Assembly (NCBI RefSeq): GCF_009914755.1
Contig: NC_060930.1
Strand: one strand, 5' to 3'
DNA from: the human T2T-CHM13v2.0 reference genome, Homo sapiens
Length of the DNA stretch: 64,000 nucleotides
A program made the position numbers and the translations under genes. How positions within the stretch are numbered: the stretch's first letter is position 1; the number at the start of each line of letters is the position of its first letter. Shown piece by piece: positions 33,063-47,515 of this stretch. The notes under the pieces were generated by a model. The model was given only the letters and a program-made list of their open reading frames with translations. It had not been told where the DNA came from and made no database searches.

Positions 33063-33625
33063 TAACAATCCTCTCACTCCTGCACCTTTCTGCAGAACCA
33101 GCCAGTGTCTATTGGATGAGAAATGGTGACTTCCCCTACAGTGATCAATTAATCTACAAATACCTTCGTAACAAGTTGTCGCTATGGGTGTATAGATGTC
33201 ATCCTACAAGCAGCCATACACTCTGCTTGTAGAAATTCTCCAATATTAACAAGTCTGTTGGTGACCACCATGGTCTCTAAGAATCGCAAATCCAGAGCCA
33301 CACACAGACTCAAGAGGCTCACGACCACATGTCCCCACTTGTTCCTGAGGGAGCTGCGCAGATGCTTGCCCCTACTCCCACAAGGCAGCCTGGGTGATCA
33401 CACCTTCCATGGTTATCTCTGGTCCCCATGTGTCTCTCACAATGAAGACCCTGTGGCTGCCAAAAGTGGGCTCCTCCACACAAAAGGGAGGTTGAGTTTC
33501 GGTGGCTTTTATCACTGGCCCAGTACAGCTCCTGGGGAGCCACATAGCAGCCACTACATTGGGGGCTACTGCAAGGAACAGCTGTGCTGATACTGAGCCA
33601 CTGCTACAGCAAGAAACTCCCTCTT

Positions 33626-34010
33626 GCCAGGCATGGTAGCTCCAGCCTGTAGTCCCAGCTACCTAGGAGGCAGAGGTGGGAGGATCATTTGAGGTCAGGA
33701 GTTTGAGGCCAGCCTACGCATAGTCCCAGCTACCTAGGGGGCAAAGGTGGGAGGATCACTGGAGGTCAGGAGTTTGAGGCCAGACTAAGCAACATAGCAG
33801 GACCCTCCATCTCTAAAATTAACAATTAAAAAAATCAGCCTGGCGTGCTGGTACATGCCTGTAGCCCCAGCTACTCAAGAGGCTGACACAGGAGGATCAC
33901 TTGAACCCATGAGTTTGAGATTGCAGTGTGCTGTGATCACACCACTGTACTCCAGCCTGGGCAACAAAGTGAGACCCCATCTCTAACAAAAAGAAAAAAG
34001 AGAAAAAGAA
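33626..34010 (+). mobile_element. AluJr-like with 71-bp internal tandem duplication
   Basis: TSD caagaaactccct. Duplicated units at 33650-33720 and 33721-33791. Confidence 0.85.
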
Positions 34011-34079
34011 CAAGAAACTCCCTTACTAAGGCAGCCTTGGCTCTCAGATGCTCAGGTGCTAAACTTACCTGAGAGTATG

Positions 34080-34330
34080 TGGTGAGAGGCTGCAGGTAGT
34101 GGAAAGAATGCAAGTTTTAGAAACCCCAGATACATGGCTGAGAGCTACTGCTCTGCCACTGAACACAGGGACCATGCCTTAACTAACTCTTAATTTCTCT
34201 AAGCCTCAGTTTCCTCATCATTTGAGTGGAGTTAATGTACTTGCCTTTAGGTCTAGCATGAGGATGCAATGATAAAGCTTATGGAGTGACTAGTACAGTG
34301 CGTGATGTATGGTGTTTGTTTAATAAGTAT
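34080..34330 (+). mobile_element. MIR
   Basis: ctctaagcctcagtttcctcatc core. Confidence 0.7.
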
Positions 34331-34940
34331 CAGAATGCTGTCTTCAAGAGCAGAGAGTTAATATTTTTCTTAAAAATCATATCAAACTCACACCGTATTG
34401 AGTGTAATCTTTATGCAACATCTGTACTATGCTTGTGTCTGAAAGTAAATGTAGTAATATTAAATAAACAAATCTGCCTAGAAAACTATTATAACTGTTC
34501 ATTTTAAGCATTTATATATTCAGTCATCCAGAAGCATTTAAATGGATTTAGCCATCATCCAATTAGGAATGGAAAAATTCACAGCCTTACAAATGAAGTT
34601 ATTTATGCTATTTTGTCATAGCCTACAAGTAAATGAATTATGCATAGGTTTATTAACAGTATGAAAACTTGTCCAAATCTATAACACTTTTTGTGTAATT
34701 TAATTTCCTATTCCAACTGCAATTTAAACATACAGTTTCCATTTAATTATTATGGTCACTGCAACCAGGGGTTTTTTTTTTTTTTCTTTTCTTTGAGGAT
34801 TCTTTCTTGAGAAACTTAAGCTCTGCCATAAACTGTCTGGCAGAAGAAATATACGATTATAGCAGAAGTTCCAAAAGCATCAGCCAAGTCTCATAGTCCC
34901 TTTTATTCTCAATGGAGTCTTTCATCCCAAGATTTTAAAA

Positions 34941-35243
<303 letters not shown>

Positions 35244-35747
35244 GATTTTAAAAATTTAAAAGCTTTAGATGAGAAGATCAACCTTTCACACGCCGTTAGC
35301 AAGCTTACTAGAATGTTCTGAGATGCTGTTGAACTTGCAAGGACTGGAATGGAACCCAATGAATGGGAAACCCTGTAGCTCAGCAGGATCATTTTCTGCA
35401 GTTCTCTGGGGAAAGCATTACTCACAAAGGGGCATGACAAGGGAGACGCAGAAGCCCCACTCTGGAGTGCGTGTCTTTCTAAGTCACCACTCTTGTTTAT
35501 GAATAGACAAGAAAGTTCCGATTTATCAAATTTCTGATAAAGACACTCGAAAAAGGGTAATTTTGGAGTATCAAGAAAGACTAATTGATTCAAATCACTA
35601 CATAATGCATAGATTTTGCAGTTGACACTCATGCATTCAATTATTGAGTAATAACTACTTTCCAGGAACTTTGTGAGTAAAAAGTAAACTAAACTAAGAC
35701 AGGAAAGAATTGTTTTGTAATTAGAAAATTTAAAATAATTGAAATGC

Positions 35748-35877
35748 TTTTTTTTTTTTTAAAGATAGGCTCTTGCTATGTTCCCCAGGCTGGCCTCAAA
35801 TTCCTGGACTCAAGCAATCCTCCTACCTCAGCCTCCTCAATAGCTGGGATTACAAGCATGTGTCACTGCACCCAGCT
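35748..35877 (-). mobile_element. FLAM monomer
   Basis: Single arm. TSD aaatgcttt. Confidence 0.8.
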
Positions 35878-36646
35878 AAATGCTTTTAAGAAAAAAAAAA
35901 AAAAAAAAAAAAAGGAGGGTGAAGGGGGAGAAGAGAAAAAAGTTGATTCATCTAAAGTGTTCATGTGAAAATACATAATACACTATATATATAAATTATA
36001 TACACATATAATTCATATATTTGTTTTACACAATTACATAAATTATACATAGTTAGAGAGGGGAAAGGACAAAGGGAGAGAGGGAGCTTTTTCTTTCTGT
36101 AAGGCTTCCACATGTGACTTGTAACTCAAATACATAGATAGTCATTGCTATTGGCAGAGCATAAGAGATAGGGGAGTTTTGCTATCTCATACAGCTATCC
36201 CAGAAATAAAACGATATCACTGGGTGTCCCTTACATGCTACATATACATTAACACAAATACTTAACAAATTTATAGATAAGTATTATTATCACCATTTTA
36301 TAGATAAATAAATTAACTTTCTAAGGGTCTGATTTTTCTACTACACTGAAACTTTCTAATGTCCAAAGCACTAAAAACTCCTATTATATAGTATGGTTCC
36401 CTAAAACAGCCATCCCAGAAGTAACAAATTATGGCTTTATCTCAAAGTGGAAGAAATCAAGAAGCAGCCTAATTTGACAGGGTGTCCTATGCAAAAACTA
36501 GACCCCTTGAGATACTCCAACCACTGTCCTGCCCTTTGTCTCACATGCATATCAGTATATCCAAAAGGAATACCAAACCTCTGGCTCAAACAAACAAAAA
36601 GCCTAAAACAGCCTCCAATCATCCCTCACTCTACCAAGATTGGGAT

Positions 36647-36948
36647 ATTTTTTGTTTTGTTTTTTTTTTTGAGACTCTCACCCTACTGCCCAGGCTAGAG
36701 TGCAGTGGTGCTATCTTGGCTCACTGCAACCTCCGCCTCCCAGGTTCAAGTGATTCTCTTGCCTCAGCCTCCTGATTAGCTGGGATTACAGGCACCCGCC
36801 ACCACACCTGGCTAATTTTTGTATTTTTAGTAGAGAAGGGGTTTCACCATGTTGGCCAGGCTGCTCTCAAACTCCTAACCTCAAATGATCCTCCCCACTT
36901 GGCATCCCAAAGTGCTGGGATTACAGGCGTGAGCCACCACACCTGGCC
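36647..36948 (-). mobile_element. AluSx/Sz-like
   Basis: Full dimer. TSD aagattgggata. Confidence 0.9.
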
Positions 36949-37774
36949 AAGATTGGGATACTTCTTAAACAGTTCCCTAGGCTCTTTCCAACTAGATCCA
37001 ACCAACTCAGGTTTTTTTCATTAGCATAAAAACTCATTTCCAGTCCCCATGAAAATGTGCCAAAAACATATAGACCAAAAAACATCAAATTTAAAATAAT
37101 TTCGTGAGAGGTTTGCCTCAGTGAGCAGCCTTCACGATGTATTTCATGGGTGCACCCAGAGACATTATAAGCTGGGGGTGGGGGGTAGGGACTAGACGGG
37201 GACTGCACCTGACATTTCTCTCATCTGCATATCTGGTGATGACAAGAGTAAGAAGCCCTTTTACCTATACCAGCCTCAGTTTCCCCCATGGCAAAATGGA
37301 GTTTTGGAGTATAAGGAATTCATCTTAATATGTGTATAACTTGCTTCACAGTGACATTGTGATACTTGAATAATAACGAAATTTTTTTGTCAAAACCGTA
37401 GAAATCATATTTGATCCTGTAAACTACTGACCATAAGATGTATAAGCCAAATGGTAATAAGGACAACAAAAGATCATTTAGTCGTTGGCTTTCACTTTCA
37501 AATACTTTCCTAATTTTTTTGTCTTTTCCGATAGAGGGTGCTATGATTCTACATGGTGTCACCTTGTCACTAGAAAACAGCCTTCTGCAGATGGGTTTAT
37601 TCTTCAAGCTCAGCGAATTTAAGATAATTTATTTACATCTTCCTTTTGTTTTTAAGGCTAGAATCACAACTTAAAATTTTTCTCAACATGCTAATTTCTG
37701 TGACTCCCGCAGCACTGAGGCTATAAAAGGAATGACTTCTGGTCTGTCTTGCTTTGCACAAGGCATTCCCCAGG

Positions 37775-37824
37775 CTCCCTGACCAACTCAGTTACGCACC
37801 TCCCTGACCAACTCAGTTACGCAC
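37775..37824. repeat. Perfect 25-bp tandem duplication CTCCCTGACCAACTCAGTTACGCAC x2
   Basis: Read directly, zero mismatches. Confidence 0.97.
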
Positions 37825-38623
37825 CAGCAGGGGTCCCTGTGTACACTATGGCAGCTGCTTTCTCTCTTTCTCTCTCAAGCTCTACCAGTCCCTCATCCAC
37901 ACTCCCTTCTATATGCAAAAGAGCAATTCCTAGAAAGCCATGTAGGGAAAAATAAATTTCTAAAACTCTAGTTCTGTGTCCCCTTTGATTTGCATCATGA
38001 ATTTAGGGTGCTTTCCCCATGGATTTTGCAGTGGTTCCTACAGCCAGAAGCTAAGCTCTCCCCACACAGTCCCCTTCACTCACACCCCTCCTCGCAGTGC
38101 CAGGCAGCTAATGATCTATAAAATGCATGCATTCTCCTGGGAACCAATTCATTAAAGGAAAGGAGTAAATTAATCCTGTTAAAAATCGAGCTTGTGACTT
38201 TGGATTTACTGGCATAGGAAGTTCTGTGTGGCTCAATGCCAAACATTCACACACTGCCTAAGCCGAGTTTGTGAGAACCTACCAGGCACTGGGCACTGTG
38301 CCAGGGGTTATTCTCCTCTACTCAAACGTGACCTCCTGAAAGAGGCCTTTCCAACCACCCAGCTGAAATAGCACCCTCTCTCACTTCCTCTTCCCATGTC
38401 TTCATGTATTTTTATTCATGTTTATCCCTGGTGTATATCACACATATTGTGCATTTGTTTCTGGAATGTAACCTCCGTGCATTTAGTACTTCAGAATCTC
38501 TGGGCCCTGAAGCACCAGAACAGTCCCAGGACATCATATGAACTCAATAAATAGTTGTTGGATCAGCGAATCAGTCAATGACAATATACTCAAAGAAGAG
38601 TTATAATAGATGTCCGCCCCCAC

Positions 38624-38642
38624 TGCGGCCACCTAGCGGACT
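38624..38642 (-). promoter_or_regulatory. Candidate CTCF binding site (CCGCTAGGTGGCCGC) next to a GC box
   Basis: Close match to the CTCF core CC(A/G)SYAGRKGGC, with a local cluster of retained CpGs. Motif evidence only. Confidence 0.6.
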
Positions 38643-38753
38643 CACCTATATCACATACCTGTACGTGTCCCACTGCCTCCTGCTTCTATTCTTGCCCCAA
38701 ACCATTTCTCTAGAGATACCACAGCCAGAATGAGCACTTAAAAATGTAAAGCA

Positions 38754-39053
38754 GGCCAGGCGTGGTGGCTCACGCCTCTCATCCCAACACTTTGAGAGGC
38801 CGAGGCAGGTGGATCATGAGGTCAGGAGTTCAAGACCAGCCTTGCCAAGATGGTGAAACCCCGTCTCTACTAAAAAAAAAAATACAAAAATTAGCCAGGC
38901 ATGGTGGCGGGCGCCTGTAATCCCAGCTACTCGGGAGGCTGAGGCAGGGAATTGCTTGAACCCGTGGGGCAGAGGTTGCAGTGAGCCGAGATCATGCCAC
39001 TGCACTCCAGCCTGGGCAACAGAGTGAGACTCTGTCTCAAAAAAAAAAAAAAA
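38754..39053 (+). mobile_element. AluSg/Sc-like
   Basis: ggatcatgaggtcaggagttc (2-bp deletion class). Confidence 0.88.
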
Positions 39054-40735
39054 ATTTTTTTTGAAGCAAATTATATCACTCCCTCCCTATAACCCTCAAA
39101 TGGCACCCCATCAAGAAATAAAATCCAAACTCTTTGCATGCCTATATGATTGAGCCCTGCCTGCCTCTCCGATTTCATTCACGGCCTTCTTTCTGCCCTC
39201 CTCACATGCCAGGCTCTTTAGCAAGGGCCTGTGTGACTTTGTTTCCTCTGCCTTGGATGCTCTTCTTCCCCGGCCTCATCCCTGGCACAATTGGCTGTGT
39301 TAGATATCATTAAGGTCTCAGTTTCAGACAATTTTATATAAATCAATGCCCTGCTACATTTTATTTTCCCCATAGCATTTATCACCATTTGAAACTATTT
39401 GTACATTTGTTTACTAGTTGATCGTCTGTCTACTCCCATTCATCCCATCCATACCCTCCCCACCACACACACATACATGCACACACACACACTAGAATGA
39501 AAGCACCATAAATCTAAGTCCTCATCTATCTACCACTATACGCTCAGTGCCTACAGTTCCTGGCACTTAGTAGGAGCTCAGTGAGTATGTTTGGAATGGA
39601 TGACGGATGGAGTGGATGAATACAGGGTGCTACGGGAACACTGTGGAAAGAGGGACAAACTCTGCTATCATTTTATTTTTCTAAGTCATAGCATGGAACT
39701 ACGTTTGACAACTTTGCTTTCTATGGGATGCAAATATACCTTATAACTGAGTCTTTGCTTAACGTCACTTCCTCCATGAGGCCTCCCCTGACACACCTAT
39801 CTAAATGTGTTTTTCTTTTATTGTCTTTCATATTACTGTGCACTCTTCTTTCATTTTTATACTTCATAAGTATCCATTGATTAATGGAATCGCTTGTTTC
39901 ACTTTTGTCTACTCAAGTAGACCATCAGTATCAGAGAGAGCATCAGATCTTTGCGCTCATTGCTGTATCCCTGGGGCTTACTACTGTGCCATACACCTGG
40001 AAAATTCAATCATCAGATGAATTGATGTGATGACACTGATGTATCACAGTATTCACAGCACAGTCTAAAAAACTTACAAATGAGCAAGAAATAAAAATTG
40101 CATGTGTGTACCTACACAGGCATTTTAAAGCAGGAAATGCTCTACACATTTTTAATTAAAATTTTAGTTTTTCAAATTTCAGAATACTAAACATATCATT
40201 CCAAAGTTCAGTCACTGTGAATACAAAGAGTTGGGTCATGACTTTGGTCCTGACATCGACTTTCCCTGTGACTTGGGATCAATTTATTGATCAATTTATT
40301 CAATTACAATCGGTCTCTGTAATCATTCCTCTAGCTGCACTGTGAGAATTAATAAGCTAATATCTATACAGTACACAGAAGGGATTCTGCTACAAAGTCC
40401 TAAAGAAAAACAAAAAAAGCAAAATACAATTTCCAATCCCTAAATTCATGAGTTTTATTTAGCTTTATAGTTGCTCTGATATTGTTTTCACCTCCTGAAA
40501 TATTCTTCTCACTCCTCTTTGACCCCGCACCTGTGAAGTTAGGTTGCCTCAAGCCTGGGCCCTCTGTAATTCTCACCGCACCATCTTCCTCTAGGAGCCC
40601 CTCATCCATTCTCTCACTTGGCAGCACCAGTGAGACCTGCTCTGTTCAAGCTGTGCTGGGTGATGAAGTACCACAGTGATGCTATGTCTGCTGTTCAACT
40701 AGGACCATTACATGGTTGTTCAAATCTACAACTCA

Positions 40736-41033
40736 GGCCAGGTGCGGTGGCTCACACATGTAATCCTAACACTTTGCGAGGCCAAGGCAGGCCGATCGCT
40801 GGAGCCCAGGACTTTGAGAACAGCCTGGGCAACAAGGTGAAACTCTGTCTCCACAAAAAACACAAAAATTAGCCAGGCATGGTGGCACATGCCTGGAGTC
40901 CCAGCTACTCAGGAGACTGAGGTGAGAGGATCGCTTGAGCCTGGGAGGTCAAGGCTACAGTAAACCATGATCATGCCACTGTACACCACCCTGGGTGACA
41001 GAGTGAGACCCTGTCTCAAAAAAAAAAAAAAAA
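40736..41033 (+). mobile_element. AluJ
   Basis: gatcgcttgagcctgggaggtcaaggctacag. Confidence 0.88.
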
Positions 41034-41754
41034 ACCACCTGCAACTGCAGCTTCAGTCCTGATGTCCTTGGCAGGCCTCAGCTCTGCCATTTACAACTGC
41101 TTGCAGCACACTTTCAACTAAGTTTCCTGATGATACTTCCAACTCAACATGTTTGAAATTACGTAGGTCATTCTTTGCCCTGGCTGCCTTCTTCTTGGCC
41201 ATAGAACTACCATTTTCTCAAATTCCAAGCTTAAAAACCTCAGTTATCTTTGGCCCCAATTTCTCCATTAACCCCTTGTATCCAATCATCACACAAATCC
41301 TTTGTTCCTTGGTTTCTTCCAGAATAATCATCACTTCCTGCTGCCTCTACCACCTCCCCAGTCTAGGCTCCTTTCCCCTCATACCAAGATAGTTGCAACT
41401 GCCTTACAACCATCGACTTATCTATGGCTTCTCACCACGTGAAGTCTTCCTCCATGTAAAAGATCTGATGCTCCCAAAATGGACTCAGATTAATATTCTC
41501 ACCTCTCAGAAGCCCTTGTGGGCTGCCCTCTATTCAAGGACAAACACTAGACTCTTCATTCTGCTATTCAAGGTCATGTAATAACTGTCACCACCTACCA
41601 TGTCAGGCACATCAGCCCCCACACCAAAAAGGACCATCTGTTCCAGTCAGCCTAAGGGACTCATTGTCCCGGGGCTCGGGAGCAGGAGCTCTGAGCTGGC
41701 TGTGTGGATGCAATTCCTCCCCTCCTTCCCTGCCATTTGCTCAGTAGGAGCCTT

Positions 41755-41873
41755 TGTTTGTATTGTATTGTATTTTATGTTATTTTGTTTCATTTTTTTT
41801 GAGACAGGGTCTCACTCTGTTGCCCAGGCTGAAGTGCAGTGGGGCAATCTCTGCTCACTGCAACCTCTGCCTT
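41755..41873 (-). mobile_element. Alu 3' fragment inside a MIR
   Basis: gagacagggtctcactctgttgcccagg...acctctgcct, then the MIR core resumes. Confidence 0.75.
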
Positions 41874-43278
41874 CAATGGGAGCCTTTGAACCTGTCACTT
41901 CTACTCTGTGTACTTCCTTTTTTCATTCCTTTTTAAATGTAGATGACAAAGATGCCTGCCTTGTGGGGTGAGGTTAAATAAATCACTACTGTAAAGAGCT
42001 TGGCATAGTGTTGAGCCCACAAGGGCCCGGTAAATGTCAGCCAGCGTGACTGCTTCTTCGCATGCCCACGTCTGCCCCAACCATCTCACCCTCCCTTGGA
42101 TCTGAAGGTCCTCTCCCCTCATCTACCTTTTTCTGAATTTTAAACAGTTTCAAAGGCAGAGCTCAAATTCAACTTCCTCTGTGGACTGCTGCCATTGTAC
42201 ATTCAGTCCTGCCCTCCCTCTCATGGTCACCAATCTCTAGATATTTGATGTTTAGCATTAGCTTGTTTGTTGCCTTTTTAAGCTATCTTCTTTATTTCAA
42301 GTAGATTGTAAGTTGCTTGAGGGCAAGAGCTCTATTGATTTTTATTTTATTTTTGTCATAATAGTATAAGAGTCTCAGCTAATGAGTTCTTAATATCTGT
42401 TATGCTGAGTTCGGCACTACTTATGTACACAAAATTATTTGTCTTTCTTTCAAGAATTTCACATGATATAACCAAAAAAAAGGAGGGATCTAAATCATTA
42501 GGAGACAATATCATTGCCTAGAAATCATTTACTTTACAAAATACCAAAATAAGAATGTTGCTTAATTAATTCAGGGTGTGGGTGGAAGATGTCAAATCAG
42601 TTCTGATCACAACTTGTCGGGCAATTCAACCAAAAGGGAAGAAAGAGAAGCCTCAGCCAGGAAGAACTGCCAAGGCAACGCTCTGGCATGACATGGAGCT
42701 CACCCCATCAGGGAGCGCAGACTGAAAACACAAGAAGGTTAGGAAATTACCTACTAAATGCTGTCGTTACTCCCACAGAGTAGGTATTTAATAAATGTTT
42801 GCTGAATTAACAAACCATGAATAAATGATAAATGGAAAAGATTCAGATGGCAAACTAAATACCTAGAACAATTCTCAATCTTTTCAAGGAATATTAATGA
42901 GGATTATACCCCTTTTCTCAGCAAAACTTCCCTTTTAGTCTTCGTTAAAGATAGAAACCAAGACTGGATGATCATTGATGTGACCTACTACAATGGTTCT
43001 TACAGTTTAAAGTATTATTGCCAAGATTTTAAGTGCAATATAAATTATGTCAGGTGTATATACAAGGAAAAAATTTTAAAATACATATTCTAAAAAATGT
43101 TAGCTCTGTTTAGGACCATAAGTGTAACATTAAAGTTCTAGTGCTGTTTCACATAATTGGTTATACACCACGAAGCGGCTAAGTTTTATCTCTTGGAACT
43201 TAATTGAAGCCCAAAGGACAGTCTCTTTGTATCATATAAAAATATAGAACATCAACGAGGAAAGCATCTGATACTTAC

Positions 43279-43333
43279 ACTCCCTTTAGACTTTCTGGAT
43301 CCTACAATAGGAGGTAGTGAAGAAGCTTTCTGA
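43279..43333 (-). CDS. DCDC2: DCDC2 coding exon 6 (55 nt): QKASSLPPIVGSRKSKGS
   Basis: tttccacag|TCAGAAAGCT...GGGAGT|gtaagt. Phase 2 in, phase 0 out, and the frame continues from exon 5. Confidence 0.96.
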
Positions 43334-44247
43334 CTGTGGAAACAAATTGCAATTTAGAAATCTGAATGTTGTTTACAAATAATGTACAATGCAAGATAAT
43401 TATCATCCCCACCTGGAAGTCAACTGTTTACTGCTGTGTTTCACAAAAGGTAGATAACATACACTTTAACACATACTTTCCCAATTTCACAAAGATCATA
43501 ACATTTCCAAATTCCATCCCAAAAGATTTGTAATGTTTTCCTGTATAATATTTTAATCAATGCTTACAAGTAAACTTTTAGTATCACCTGAAATTTGTAT
43601 AGCATTTTTATCCAGATCCCAAAGTGTCCTATTTGCATTTCAAAAAATCATTTCCAAATGTGAATAATGATTTTTCCAGACTGAGTTAAAAACAAATTTC
43701 CTTCGTTTCTATGATGTCTTCTATGTCTACCTCTGATAGGAGAGCAGAGGTAAAACACTGGCATTTGCATTCAGGTAGTTTTTAAACAAGTTGTCCTCAC
43801 CAAAAAGTTAAAAATTCTTTTAGGCTGTAAGAATAAGTTGTTTTGTTGATATCTGTATTATTAGGAAAAGACCCATCTTGAAACCCAACTGAAACTCTCC
43901 AAAAATAGAAGGACACATATATAAAAAAAATTCTTATTAATTGTATGAGAAAGGCCAACGTGAGTTACAGTTTTCTTATTACCATCAGGTACACACTGTT
44001 GATCACAGCAGGTTAACCTAGGGCTGCTTAGCAAAGATGGCTAAAGATTTGATTTCATGGATGGGTAAGGTTGGTTAGCGATAAGTCAGCTGGTAAATAA
44101 TTCAAAGGTGCTAGAAAACCATGTGCTCTTGCATAGTTCAAACACCACCCCTGAAATTCCACTTCATCTATTACTTATTTAGAAGCTCTTGGCCAGCCTC
44201 TCCATCAAGTTACACAAATTGTGAATTAATTGCAAACACACTGGTGA

Positions 44248-44699
<452 letters not shown>

Positions 44700-45339
44700 C
44701 AGAGCTCTTCTTGAGTGACTCCGCAGTGTATCTCCTAGGCTGAAATAAAGCATCTTTCACAAATATATGACATTTCATGGAGAAAAACTGTTTACGGTAT
44801 ATTGTAATTAAAAATATAATCCTTAAAATTTTACATGAATTAACTGTACACCCATCCTCTCTATTTGCATAAGTGGGATTATGTTGTTTTTATATTTTAC
44901 AGTTATTATTAAAACAAGTATAAAATATTATGAGTTTTTTAACACTCTTGGATGTTTCTATCCAAACCAACTGAAAAGTTATTTGGTCTAGCAACTATTA
45001 AGACACAAAAACTTCTAATAATGTTTGCTGTAGAGAAGCTCATTGCCCTGTATCTTCTTCACAATAATAAATTTTTGCATTTACTTATAAATTTCATGCA
45101 TGCTAAAAAAAAAACCATGTAGTCTTTCATAACTTCCCAGAAATTATATTTTTGTTCAATAGCTTTCAGTCTCCCATCATGGCAATAAAAACAAAGATCA
45201 ATGTATACCATATATGCTTTCCATTCTAAGTAATAAATAAGATTATCAATTACATAAAATATAATGGTGGTCAGCAAAAGACCCAATGCTATTTCAAGTG
45301 GTAACTAAAGCATGAGGAGTGGTAAGGAGTAAGACTTAC

Positions 45340-45486
45340 CCAAAAGGCCTTCTCATCGTTGACTTGTCAAAAAGTAACTCACTGTAAGGCAGTTTCTTAA
45401 ACTTATCTCTGCCAACAGCCACATAAAACTGCCCATTCTCCAACTCTGCTCCACTCTCAACAAGTTTTCCTTCTAAAGTATAAAGC
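45340..45486 (-). CDS. DCDC2: DCDC2 coding exon 5 (147 nt): LYTLEGKLVESGAELENGQFYVAVGRDKFKKLPYSELLFDKSTMRRPF(G)
   Basis: ttttcgacag|GCTTTAT...CCTTTTGG|gtaagt. Contains the DCX signature RLYTLEG...YVAVG..F. Lies within ORF 45336..45530. Phase 2-2. Confidence 0.98.
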
Positions 45487-45859
45487 CTGTCGAAAATATG
45501 AACACCAACAATTAGAATTTTAACCAACATTTAAAGAATTGCTTAAGATTACAAAGTATTCTGGATGTCAAAAAAATTAAAATTACATAGTAAATAAAAA
45601 CATTCTGTACTTAATTTAGCTCATTTGTTACTATCCTCATTATTGCATTATAGATGCCTCAAAGTTATCAGATTCCACTAAATACTAATGTTATAATGCA
45701 GATACAATGACTATCTTGCTGTACAGGGTTTCACCCCAGTGAGTCTGATGATCTGGCATAAGGATCCCTATTGCTGCCATATTAAAATTTTAGAGGAGAA
45801 AAATTAACTTGTACAGATCACAGTGCTTTAAATAAAGCTCTGTTTCCATTGAACATTGA

Positions 45860-46190
<331 letters not shown>

Positions 46191-46990
46191 TTGTTAATAC
46201 TTTTAAATTTTATTTTCTTAGCATATTCATCAGGCTGGCAAGCTTCTGACCACATTCTGTGTAAGAACAGCCCTCAACCAAAATATTACATACAAACACA
46301 CAGAGAACCGGGTCAGGAACAATGGGGTGAGAGGGCAGGAGGTAAAAGAACCCATTGCCAGTGTTAATGATGCAGAACTGCATAGCATTTGTGCTTCTTT
46401 CTTTTTTTTTGCCGTCCCTACTAAGCAAAACAAGAGTGAACATTATATCTTCCCAGAATTGAGCAGTTTCACAGTAACCTTCCTTTACTGTAAAACTGCT
46501 GCTACGAGCTACAATTAATATGTTACTTATTAAAAGAACAGTCATAATTTTACCAGATGATTTTAAATGTCCACAAAAATTTTTTTAAAGAACAGGAAAA
46601 TAAGTATTAGAAAACTAAACCAGAAAGACAGTGCATATTTTTTAAGGTTATAAGCAAGAGCTATTAATAAATGGAAGGATTTCAGTATCATCAAAAAGCT
46701 TTCTGTCTTCCTATATTACATAATAAGATTAAATGTCATTTACAGACACAAAAAAAAAACCCATTGACCTGTCAGCTTGTTTCCTGATGACATAAATGGC
46801 CATATCATACAGAACCATGAAATACAATGAAAATAGCCACCAATAGCCACCAACATTCCTGAAATGTATTTGTGTTTTTAGTTAGTATACAGATGGTAAA
46901 GTCTCTTTCTTTATAACATTGTACCTCTACTCCTAACAAGTCTAAATATCAACACTTAACCCAGAATTCTATGTTTTTTGCCTTAACTTA

Positions 46991-47112
46991 AGCTGGACAT
47001 GGTGGCCTATGCCTATAGTTCCAGCTACTTGGAAGGCTAAGGCAAGAGGATCGCTTGAGCCCAGGAGTTCAAGACCAGCCTGGGCAACATAGTAAGACGC
47101 TATCTCAAAAAA
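46991..47112 (+). mobile_element. FLAM_A-like monomer
   Basis: gcctatagttccagctacttgg...gagcccaggagttcaagacc. Confidence 0.8.
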
Positions 47113-47120
47113 CACTTGAC

Positions 47121-47350
47121 CAGGGTTTCTGAATACTGGCATTATTGACATTTTGGACCAGATAATTCTTTGCTGGAAAGGTGAGTAGGCTGCCCTGTAC
47201 ATTGTAAGATGTTTATTAGCAGCACCTTTGGCCTCCACCCACTAAACAGTAGCAGTAGCCACCCCATCCCCAGTTGGGACTACCAAAAATGGTTTCAGGC
47301 ACTGCCAAATGTCCCCAAGGGGCAAAATCATACCTGCTTGAGAGCCAATG
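47121..47350. mobile_element. MER20 (hAT-Charlie)
   Basis: cagggtttct...ttgacattttggaccagataattctttg...tgccaaatgtccccaaggggcaaaat...ttgagagccaatg. Confidence 0.85.
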
Positions 47351-47515
47351 GCCTATATCCAAGCACTATTTTTCTACTTTTCTTCAAAATAGTTATATCT
47401 CAATCAGTAGTAATTTCATAGCTAGAAATTAAAAACCAGCATAGCTGTGGACTCTGGAAACAGCCAAGATTTGACTTGTTTCCTCTGCAGGTAAGTAAAA
47501 CGCAGTGAATAAATT

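Larger units (their letters stand above)
38280..41700 (+). mobile_element. Cluster of L2 fragments interrupted by Alus and a MIR
   Basis: L2 3' ends (aactcaataaatagttgttgga; cctggcacttagtaggagctcag) and ccctcaaatggcacccc...aaaatccaaactc. Confidence 0.65.

Noticed and set aside
40277-40300. 12-bp tandem duplication gatcaatttatt x2
   Set aside because: Real, but an ordinary short slippage event in a MIR relic.
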